IMG/VR virus record: IMGVR_UViG_3300020438_000049
Coordinates: 1 to 56,296 of that record
From: a virus
Taxonomy: Duplodnaviria > Caudoviricetes
Length of the DNA stretch: 56,296 nt
Reading direction: 5' to 3' (one strand)
Position 1 is the stretch's first letter. Every line of letters starts with the position of its first letter. A model generated the notes under the pieces. The model was not told the origin of the DNA, ran no database searches, and saw only the letters and a list, made by a program, of their open reading frames with translations. The position numbers were made by a program, and so were the translations under genes. Shown piece by piece: positions 27,848-38,400 of the stretch.

Positions 27848-30800
27848 GAAGTTATAACGATGTTACCACGCATAGAGGCATGGTATTGGCAGTTATACCA
27901 ATAAGTACCTGGAGTGACACCTGCGGTATCCCAAACTACTACAGCATTTTGAGTGCCGTTATTAGTAAGTCCACTTGGAACTTCGGAAGGTGATGGTTGC
28001 CCAGTACCTTCCCTATTACTAATATAGAAAGGATGACCACTAGCAATTATGGTTAATTGCAACACATCTCCTGTCTTTATAGTAATCGTTGCATTATTTG
28101 CTTCTTGTACTGTTCCATTTCTATCATAACCTTCCTCTACGTGATACCAACCAGAACCACCATGTCCAATAGTAAAGTTCCACTGATAGGAATCAGGGAA
28201 TTGTTCTGTCTTAGTTATTACCTTTCTTGGTCTTGGATATGTAAGACCTCCATCAGTAATTGTAATAGTTCCAACCATTCCACCATGATATTGGCAGATA
28301 TAATAATAAGTTCCAGGAGAAGATGGAGTCCAAGTAACAGTTCCAGATTCAATACCATTGTTAGTTACACCATCTGCACCACTACCAGTACCAGTAGTAT
28401 TTGCTGTCTTAATCCAGAATGGATGTCCAGTAACACTAACATTGAATGTTAATGTATCTCCAACTCTAGCTTGTACTGATACATTATTTCCACTAATATT
28501 TCCACTACCATCAGTTCCATTAAGTACATATGCAGATGCACCAGAATTAGTTACTCCAATAGTATAATTCTTAGCATTCTTAGTTCTATTCTTCCAATTT
28601 TCATGTGGATATACTATAGCAGAATCAGGTCGTTTTTTCTCAAAGTAAAGATATCTATTATTACTATTAGCTAGATCTTTGTAATTTTGCGACCACAACG
28701 TCATTTTTGATACATTGGTTGAAGGGAAAGTCCTTGCAGTTGATGGATCAGACCACCATAAAATACGAACAGCACCACCACCTCCTCTACAAGATTGGTA
28801 ACCACCAGCTGTATATGTTCCTGCTCCACCACCATATAATCCACCAGCTCTACCATTTGGAGCACTTGCACTAACACTTGGAGTAGTACCACCAGAACCA
28901 CCGCCACCACCTGCTTGACTATTACCACCAACACCATTAGTTCCTTCACCATATATTCCTACTCCACCACCACCAGCACCTTGAGCAACTCCAGTTGACC
29001 ATCCACCGCCGCCACCGCCGCCACCTCCAGTACCATCTGCTCCCTGAGTGTTGCCATAATATCCACCCATTCCACCATTTCCTGAATATCCACCAGCACC
29101 ACCGCCTCCACCATTATCATTCGTGTTACCACTACCACCATTACCACCACCATCTCCTACATAAGTTCCACCAGTTCCACCATTGGCAGTATTTCTTCCA
29201 CCTTCACCATTAACAGTAGTCGAATTTATAAAATATGAATCTCCACCAGATAAATTGGCACTTCCTGCTCCAACTTCTACGGTATATGTCTGACCTGCTG
29301 TTACTGGGATATTATTTTTCCATCCCAATCCACCTCCACCAGCATTTCTATCCCCTCCACCAGCACCAATTACTACAGCAGACACCTGAGTTACGCCAGC
29401 AGGACACGTCCATGTATAGGTTCCTGCTGTTGTCCATTCTGCTTCACCATAACCTGCTGCAGAACCATCTGAAGAAACTTGATCTGCTTTTGCAAAATCT
29501 TTTATATGTTGTATTGCATCTTCCTGAGTCATATTTGGTTCTTGTTCTGCAAGACATGCAAGATATCCAGCAACTTGGGGACCAGACATACTAGTTCCAT
29601 CAATATCTGCTAGTTTAAAATTAGCATCTCTTGGATCATTTACTAGAGTTCCATATCCTTCTGTAGATGCAGTAGTATCAAAAACGGAAGAAATGATATT
29701 TGACCCTGGAGCGAAGATATCAACTCTTGCACCTATATTACTAAAACTGGATTTATATTCATCTTTAACATCACCAACAGAACCTACACATATTGCATTA
29801 GCATCTGCACCTGGACTTGATCCTTTAGAATGATAATATGTTGATGCACCAATTTGATAATAATTGTTAAAATCAGAACCAGTAGGTAAATCACACATCC
29901 AATAAGAGTTACCAGCAGAACTGACAACAATAATACCGTCATTTATAGCATCTTGTACATCAGCCCCAACAGAACTAACTCTTACAGGAACTCTGTACAA
30001 GGTAGTATTATATGGACAAGGAACTCCATTTGCTTCTAATATAACTTTTCTTTCAGCATCTGTTCCACTTACTGACGTACTAGTTCCTCTATAAACAACA
30101 TTCGTAATGCTATTAAGATCTGGACTACCTTGACTATAACCCCAACTGTGATTTGTTATGGTTGGATTTTTTCTTCCAGTTTTTGGATTAACACCCTTCC
30201 ATTTATGAAATTCTCTTAGATAATCAAAAAGATAAACTGCAAAAGAAGAATATGATGTACCAGATCGATTATTAACTAGGTCTGTACTAAATGCTATATT
30301 ATAAAGATTAGCGTCTCTTGCCCATCCTTGCGTATTACCTCCAGCAGTACCAGCAACGTGAGTTCCGTGATTACTTTGACCTGGATTACCATACCCAGTA
30401 GCACTGTAAGTATAAGTTTTTCCAGCAGCGTTACTATCACCTATATTAGCTGAATATTGAAACCAATCGATCTGATTCATTCTAGAACCAGTATTACTAA
30501 GAGGATTTACCCAAAACTCTGGGTGTTCATGATTTACATGACTATCTACGATTACAAGATCAACATTCTTTCCAGAAGAACCTGTTTGTATTGTATCATT
30601 GAGAACCATTTGCCCATCAACTCCCCAATTGGCAGTTTGGACACCATCAACAACTCTTTTTAATCCCCAGTTAAGATCACCACTAGAAAAAGTCGTGTTC
30701 TTTTGGAAATCACCACTTTGTGGACCCCAAAGAGGAGTTTCTTCTAAACCTCTTTCATTAGGTGCTAATTCTATATTGATTACATTTGGATGATCTTTTA

Positions 30801-30990
30801 ATTTACTTACGTCTAATTCACTTAACTTATAGTGTGTATTTCTACTAACATTTCTTCTGGCAAGACATTCTACTTCCCTATCTGGACAATATCCATCACT
30901 TCCAGAAGTTTCCATCTCATCATAAAAATTTCCCAAATCGCCATGCTCTCTAACAGTGACGATATATTCTCTCTTTATATCACTGAGCAT
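27844..30990 (-). CDS. Subtilisin-family (S8) serine protease with Gly-rich domain and two C-terminal cupredoxin-like domains
   Basis: VIVDS, HGTHVAGTAGG, SSAGNS, GTSMSGPQVAG; two GHPF...YxYxCQYHxxMxG units. Confidence 0.88.
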   Translation of the reverse strand: MLSDIKREYIVTVREHGDLGNFYDEMETSGSDGYCPDREVECLARRNVSRNTHYKLSELDVSKLKDHPNVINIELAPNERGLEETPLWGPQSGDFQKNTTFSSGDLNWGLKRVVDGVQTANWGVDGQMVLNDTIQTGSSGKNVDLVIVDSHVNHEHPEFWVNPLSNTGSRMNQIDWFQYSANIGDSNAAGKTYTYSATGYGNPGQSNHGTHVAGTAGGNTQGWARDANLYNIAFSTDLVNNRSGTSYSSFAVYLFDYLREFHKWKGVNPKTGRKNPTITNHSWGYSQGSPDLNSITNVVYRGTSTSVSGTDAERKVILEANGVPCPYNTTLYRVPVRVSSVGADVQDAINDGIIVVSSAGNSYWMCDLPTGSDFNNYYQIGASTYYHSKGSSPGADANAICVGSVGDVKDEYKSSFSNIGARVDIFAPGSNIISSVFDTTASTEGYGTLVNDPRDANFKLADIDGTSMSGPQVAGYLACLAEQEPNMTQEDAIQHIKDFAKADQVSSDGSAAGYGEAEWTTAGTYTWTCPAGVTQVSAVVIGAGGGDRNAGGGGLGWKNNIPVTAGQTYTVEVGAGSANLSGGDSYFINSTTVNGEGGRNTANGGTGGTYVGDGGGNGGSGNTNDNGGGGGAGGYSGNGGMGGYYGNTQGADGTGGGGGGGGGWSTGVAQGAGGGGVGIYGEGTNGVGGNSQAGGGGGSGGTTPSVSASAPNGRAGGLYGGGAGTYTAGGYQSCRGGGGAVRILWWSDPSTARTFPSTNVSKMTLWSQNYKDLANSNNRYLYFEKKRPDSAIVYPHENWKNRTKNAKNYTIGVTNSGASAYVLNGTDGSGNISGNNVSVQARVGDTLTFNVSVTGHPFWIKTANTTGTGSGADGVTNNGIESGTVTWTPSSPGTYYYICQYHGGMVGTITITDGGLTYPRPRKVITKTEQFPDSYQWNFTIGHGGSGWYHVEEGYDRNGTVQEANNATITIKTGDVLQLTIIASGHPFYISNREGTGQPSPSEVPSGLTNNGTQNAVVVWDTAGVTPGTYWYNCQYHASMRGNIVITS

Positions 30991-30993
30991 CTA

Positions 30994-32421
30994 TCAAGCC
31001 TCCAACTGAACGATTGTTAGAGATACTGTAATGTTTGCTGTGGATGTCTCATTATTGCAAACCTTAACATATATTTTGTCTGATGGTGATACATCATTGT
31101 TCCATCCCATTATACCTGGACTCATTATGAACGTACTAACACCTGCTGTACTTGTATTAACTTCTGCAATTACACCAGAACCAGGTAGTGGGTCTGTTGT
31201 TACTTTTCGATCTGCGTCTGCTGTCATTGCTGCTTGATCAGTGTAAAGGACTACCCATGCAGCACTTGAAATACCTACTTTCTGCAACATCCAAGATTTC
31301 CTACCATCTAAGAACATAGTGTTTACAGTTGCACCAATACCAAGACCAGTTACTTGTTTGTTTATTGTTGCTCTTGTTGATAATCCAATACCAGAACTTG
31401 CAACACCTTCTAGATTTGATCCATCACCATAGAAAGAAGTACCAGTGATAGAACCAGAAGCACCTACATGCCCATTAACATCTATTCCTCCAGAAGTAGT
31501 TGTTAATCGTACATCATTCGCCTCATTTCCAGTATATCCATAATAAAGTTGTATATTTTGATCACTAGTATTTGTATTTTCTTTACACCTCAAATACCAG
31601 GAAGTTCCTCCTGCTGAATTACTAATATTGATATCTTTACCAGACATCAAATTAAGATCACTACTGTCTCCTGCTGATATTTGTAGGTTTTGGTGACGAG
31701 TACCGATTATTGCTGGACCACCTTGAGCCATGTATATCGAAAGGTTGCCAAAACTGGGACTATCTCCCCACCACGCTTTGGAAGATTCTCCCCCAACCAC
31801 ATTTGTTCTAAACCAAAGAACATTGTCTGATTTATCCCATTCTATGTTTCGCCCTTGACCTAAGAAAGTAACATCATCTGAAAGAGTTGTTATCCCACCC
31901 AAATAAGTAGGACCATTAACTGTTAATGCAATACCAGCAGAAGAACTAATAGTATTGATACCAACTATTTTCGATGTACTAATACCTGTAGCATCACCTG
32001 TCCATCTACCAGCACCACCTAGACCAGTAAGACTTGAACCATCACCAAAGTAAGTAACAACACCAGTACCAGCAGTTACGATACCAGCATGAATATAAAC
32101 GTTTCCATGAACAACCGCATCTGACTTAACTGTTGCAATTCCTGTTATAGACGCACCACCACCAACTCTTATATCTCCACCATTTACATTAACTGATCCA
32201 TTAAATGTTGCAATATTAACATCACCCGTACTTTCTCCAGCACCAACCTGCAATTTACCAGCAACTAACTGACTAGTTCCTGTAGAACCCAAATTAGTTC
32301 CATCGCCAAGATAGGTATAAACCTCATCAAAATTGGCATTCGATTTAGTACCAGCTTGATTCAGGGTATCACCAGTACCATCATTCGCACTTGTTCCTGT
32401 TGATATACCTAGTTTGGCCAT
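30994..32421 (-). CDS. Baseplate/tail structural protein with gp9/gp10-like N-terminal domain
   Basis: GTSANDGTGDTL...KSNANFDEVY N-terminus; two GDGSxL fibre-like motifs. Confidence 0.7.
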   Translation of the reverse strand: MAKLGISTGTSANDGTGDTLNQAGTKSNANFDEVYTYLGDGTNLGSTGTSQLVAGKLQVGAGESTGDVNIATFNGSVNVNGGDIRVGGGASITGIATVKSDAVVHGNVYIHAGIVTAGTGVVTYFGDGSSLTGLGGAGRWTGDATGISTSKIVGINTISSSAGIALTVNGPTYLGGITTLSDDVTFLGQGRNIEWDKSDNVLWFRTNVVGGESSKAWWGDSPSFGNLSIYMAQGGPAIIGTRHQNLQISAGDSSDLNLMSGKDINISNSAGGTSWYLRCKENTNTSDQNIQLYYGYTGNEANDVRLTTTSGGIDVNGHVGASGSITGTSFYGDGSNLEGVASSGIGLSTRATINKQVTGLGIGATVNTMFLDGRKSWMLQKVGISSAAWVVLYTDQAAMTADADRKVTTDPLPGSGVIAEVNTSTAGVSTFIMSPGIMGWNNDVSPSDKIYVKVCNNETSTANITVSLTIVQLEA

Positions 32422-32443
32422 CCTTATTCCCTAGTTTATAAAG

Positions 32444-32450
32444 TATTTAG
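32444..32450 (-). promoter_or_regulatory. Late promoter CTAAATA overlapping the gp7 stop
   Basis: TATTTAG on plus strand. Confidence 0.7.
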
Positions 32451-35400
32451 ACTATGTAATTGATTGATCTCAAAGGTTCAAATCTTCTTACGATAGAAGA
32501 AGTGTGAATACCTGTAGCAGATGTAGAAGTCTCTCCCACACCAATACCATTGCCACCATAGAATTTGTAACTGTTTTGTAATTTAGATTTGGTTTGTAAC
32601 TTACCCCAACTATAATCACCAATTCCTATAGGAGTCTCGATAGTACCAACATAGGAATTACCAGACCCAACTACAGAGTTGTCCATAGTATATATCTCAC
32701 TATCAAATGTGATTCCTGTAGAGTCAAAGGTAATTGTAGATAATCCAGTAATTCTAGAACCTACTCTTCTTACCATTGTTACTCCAACACCAGGAATATT
32801 AACTGTCTTATTCTCAACACTACCTACAACGTAGATGTTATTGACAAATTCAGTTCCTATTGCAACCACAGTATCATTAAGATCATATGATCTTATTAGA
32901 GTATGTGCTACACCAACTGTAGAGTTCTTAACAACAAAGAAATCACCTTGCTGTATCTGACTCAATGTAATAGCAGATCCTACTATGGATGCATCACGTA
33001 AATCAGAACCGTATGGAATATGGAAGTCAAATAACATAGTATCACTGTTAGCAATAGTTGTAGTACCAAATCCAACAATTACTCCAGAATCACCTGCGAA
33101 CCAGTTAATTGGTTTTGTTTCTTCAGTTAATGTTGGTGGAGAAATAAGAACCTGTGGTATAGAAGTATATCCTTCACCATTGTAAGTAATAGAAACAGCA
33201 GAAATAGATCCTGTGTTGTTTACCGTTGCAGTAGCAAGAGCAGTAGATCCAATTCCAATAGGATTTTGAATAGAAACTGTAGGAGCAGTAGTATATCCTA
33301 CACCACCATCAGTAACTGTAATTGAAATTATTCCATCACCAGAAACTGTTGCTGTAGCACTTGCACCAACTTGAGTTTCCATATCAACGAAAGTAACTTT
33401 CTTCTGGAATAGCAAGTATGGATCAACATTATTCTCATTCTTACCATCAAACAATGGTCTTAAGTTGTCAACATATATTTCAGTAGATCCAGCAGAAATT
33501 GCTTTAGTTATGTAAGCAGTTGGTGAAATAACTGGTTCATACAATTCTCTTGCCTTACCTACCTCAGTTTCATCAATAATCATATCAGCAGTTTGACGAC
33601 ACCAAGTAACTGGACGTAGTAAATTAGAATCACTAACGTTTCCTGGACCTGTATATGGATCTGTTTCAGCAGTGTCTATTGATAAGATGTTAGTAGCAAT
33701 CCTTTCGTCTTCTTCTAGACTCCAATGCTGACCTCTTTCAACATCGTTATCAATTTCTAATGTGTCTCCACGTTTTACAGTATCAATTATGTTTCTAAAG
33801 ACAACATCAACATCACCACTTCCCTTATAGAATAGGATCTTAGACGTATCACCTTTCTTAGGTGCTTCACCAAAGGTAATTACACTACCACCGTCAAATC
33901 TAAATCCTTTACCAGGAACCTGTAATATATCATTGACAAATACTAATAGTGTATCTTCAACATTGATATTAGATCCTTCTGAAGATTTAATAGCAATGAG
34001 GTTACCACCAACTTTTATTGGGAAGTTAATTCTATTAGCATCAAATAGATGATCAACATTGTCTAAGGTTTGTAACATACCCATAGACCAACCATTAAAT
34101 TCGTCAGTGAATATATCTTGAACAGTAAGTTGGAATTCTTCAAAGTTAGATGTTGTTGGAATACCTAAAGTACCACCAGAGGAAACAGTCAATTTCTCAC
34201 CAACACCATAGCGATATCCACTATTTTTAATAGAGAAGCTAATAATACTAGAACCTTGTCCGACAATAATATCAGCAGTAGCATATGTTCCAACACCTGC
34301 AGCAGCAGATCCACTGTAAACCAATGGAATATTAGAATACGAAAGTGGTTGGTCGATTACAACATCTAAGAATGGATCAACCTTACCACCTCTTGCATAG
34401 TTGTGATGTCTGGTTGATAATCCACTATTAACTTCAAATGTAGTACTATCAAGTACCTTAACAACCACACTACCGTCAATAGCAGGATCAGCACCACTAG
34501 GTGAAAGGTTCTTTGCTCTAGGAGCAACAATTGCTTGCTGAACTTTACCACCTGAACTATAGAATGTTGGTACTGTAGAAACTCCGATATTAACAGAAAT
34601 AACAGTTGATCCAACACTAACTGCATTTGCTACAGTTCCACCAACATATGTGTGATTATAGTTACCACCACTCTTAACAGCACCAGCAGTTGCACTGATG
34701 AATGTATGTGGATAGTTATGACTAATAGGACCAGGATTTACTGGATCATTAACATTGATTAGAATAGTAGTTGTAGTAACTGATAGAATCTTTATCGAAG
34801 TATTGTATACGTAATCAGCACCACTACTAGTATTAGCACCAGATGCACGAGGATATGTTCTATTCTGTACCCCACCATTATTGCATGAGAAGTTTAATGA
34901 ATTAGCAGCAAGTCTAATACTTGTACCTGCAGTTAGAGTATGGAGACCAATTGTTAGTTCCATTTCTCCTGATTCGGGATTATATGTTGCAGCACTCACA
35001 TTATGAGCAACTTCTGGAGTTGTTCCAACATTTAATGTAATTGTACCAGCAGATTGATTAGAACTACTAATTTTAACAAACTTATCATGTATAGGATCAG
35101 TTAGTCTTGGATAAGGATGGTTAGTAGCATTACTATCCATCGCACAAGTGAATACTAATGAATTAGTTTTAATCTTGACCGAATCATCTATTTTTAATCC
35201 ATGATTAGCACCAATTGTTAAAACTAAGTTACCATTAGATGGTATGTAAGTTGCATTAGTGACGTTATGTTGAACTAAAGTTCCAATACCGATAACATCT
35301 ACACCATTGTAATTCTTATCTGGTTTTCTTGGATACTTATGTTGTGTAGCATTTCCATCCTTAGTACATGTGAATGTTAAGGACTCTTTTGCTATCTTAA

Positions 35401-38400
35401 TGTTTCTACCAGCAACTAGTGAATGAGGTTCACTAAGAGTCATGGTCATAATACCAGTAGAAGCAGTATAATCTGCATTAGTTACACTGTAATTAACAGA
35501 AGTACTTAAACCAACATCTAATGTAATTGTATTGTTGGTTGTTGCAGCAACTGATACTGATGTCTGATAGATTGGATCAGTTCCTCTTGGATAAGTATGA
35601 GGACTTACATAATCATCCATTGAACAAGTGAATGTCAAACTATCATCTGAAATTCTGATAGATTCACCTGCTTTGGTTAGTCCATTAGCAGTTGCTGATA
35701 CAAATGTATGTGGAGTTACGTTAGTAGAAGGAATTCTATCTACAACTCTAACAGTAAAGGTATTTGCTGTTACCTTACTGATTGGTAACCACTTATTACT
35801 TGCAGGATCTGGTTCTACAACACCATTACCTTTATGAACTGCTGCTCTTGGATATGAGTGGTTTGAATTATTACCATCTTGACCGCATGTGAATACTATA
35901 GCATTATCTGCAATCTTAATCTTATCACCATCTGACATGTTATGAGCAGATGCAGTTGTCATGGTCATGATACCAGATACACCATCATAAGTTACATTAT
36001 TGACACTGAATGTAGATGATCCACGTAATGCATGATCTCCAATTGTCAATACTAACTTACCAGTAGATCCTAAGTAAGATGCATCAGTAACATCATACTT
36101 AACTAGAGGTGATTTACCTACAAGAAGTGTAATAGTATTCTGACTTGTTCCTACAATTGCAGTTGCTATTCCTGCTACTGGATCTGTTGCTCTTGGATAT
36201 GAGTGGTTGGTTGTATTACCATCCTGCTTACATGTAAATGTTACTGCATTTGCATTAACTGTAGCAGTATCATCAACTGTATAAGGATGATTTGGAATAG
36301 TAAGTACTAATTCACCTTTTGCAGCATCATAAGTTGCGTCAATTGGTGTTGTGGTTCCTATTCCTGTTACACTAACTCCACCATCAACAGCACTTGCAAA
36401 TGTATGATTATAATCACCGCCAGTAACTACCGCACCAGTTGATGCACTAACGAATCTATGTGTGTGATCTCCACCAGTTAATAACGCATCAGCAGATGTT
36501 CCTCCAGCCCAAGTATGTGTATATTGATCTGAAGGACCAGCAGCACCAACATCAACTGTTATTTTGCCATTATTGTAAACTAATCCATTTTGAAGTGCAG
36601 AATGGAATGCATGAATAGTAGTATTTGATGAAGGTCTTTGAGTGAAATCTAAAACATTAACTTTGAATGTATTGACTGTTACATCATAAACTTTCAACCA
36701 TCTATCAATTGAATGATCACCTTTTCTTGGATATGCATGAACTGTTTCATAATTATCCTTATCACATGTAAATGATATTGAATCTTCTAGTAGTTTAACA
36801 AATTTTCCATTACCAAATCCATGATTGTTGATAGTGATAGTCATCACACCTTCATATGGATCATAAACAGCATTAGTTACTGTATAATGTGCTCCATCAT
36901 CTAGGATATTGATTGGTCTATCATATGCAATATCTTTTCCTCTTGGATATACGTGTGTTGTAGCACCATTATCCAATCCACATGTCATTGCAAGTCCAGT
37001 AAATATAACTTGCTTATCGCTTCCAATTCCATGAGAAGTGGAAGTCATTACAGTCATTATACCAGATACATTGTCATATTGTGCATCATATATGCTAACA
37101 GCAGGAGCATAATCACAAGTGAATGCTATTCCAGAAAGAATAACCATTTCAGTTTCTGACAACCCGTGAGGATTGATTGTGGTTATTGTAGTAATACCAT
37201 TAGTTCTTGTATAATCTACATGCTGAATCTCACTTGGTGCATTGAATACTTGAGGATTAGTAACAGCGATTCCTGTAACATGTCCACCAGATACTGATGC
37301 AGTACCAATATCAACAACTTTACTTGTAATGTTAGGTGTTGTTCTAACTCCTACATTAACAACTGTCTGAACTCCAGATCTATATCCAGATCCACTATTA
37401 CCAACACTAACTGAACCAATTGTTCCTGCAATAGAAACATTAGGGGATCCACCAGCATCAACTAATGGTTGATATCCTAAACCTTCTTCAGATCCAACGG
37501 AAACAATTACACCACCTCTTGGGAAAGAAGAAATACCAACATCATTAGTAATTGTTCTTGCAGTACCAACAAAAGTAACAGATGTAATACCAGCACTCTG
37601 CTCTAAGAAGTAATCACCAACTAATCCTGGTTCTTGGAAGATGTCGTTAATTAAAACAACTGCATTATCTTGTTCAACACCAGTAAAGTTACCGCCTTCT
37701 GTTTTTAATGTAAATGTGCTGTTAATCGCATCAAATTCAGAAGAAATGTCATCAAAGATATAGTTGTTGCTATAAGCTTCTGTTGATGTATCGGGAATAC
37801 CTGAACGCATAAAGGATCTTCCTTGGAAACTTGATCCAGTCTCGATACCTACCCAATCTCTCTCATCAGGTTCATTTGTTGTAGAACTGAATGGTACATT
37901 ACCATAAGGTGCTTCTACAAAGTTAAGAACGTTATCAACAATATTATAATTACCTTGAACTTTAGTAACTAATGCACTAGTTGCAGCATATCCAACTTTA
38001 GTACCTAACCAAGGTCTACGTACTCTTATTCCATTAGCGGTTCCAATACCAACTCCTTCAACCTTCATTATCTCATCACCAATCTTAATCAAATCTCCAC
38101 CAAATATAGAAGTAATACTTCCAACTTGTACTAAGTTGTCTGTAGTGAATAATTGTTGATCTAGATGAGTTGTTAGTGCTGTAGATACAACTGGAGACTG
38201 AATAATATTATCAAGAGCAACAATAACCTTTGTATTCTGTCTATCGGCAACAAATCTCATTGTTGTACCAATACCAACACTAGAAATGTCTAGGATTTCA
38301 GGTGTTCCTAATAATGCATCTTCTGCAGATCCTGCAAGTTTAATCTTCTCCTCATCAACTTTAACAGCATAAACTGTACGAGGAAGTTTGTCAGTCTGAC

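Noticed and set aside
28995-29594. His-rich plus-strand ORFs
   Set aside because: Produced by reading the complement of GGT-rich glycine codons (CAC/CAT); not a real metal-binding protein
34380-37260. CRISPR array or DGR template/variable repeat
   Set aside because: Repeats are conserved only at protein level; no identical DNA repeats with spacers; no reverse transcriptase or cas gene in the window
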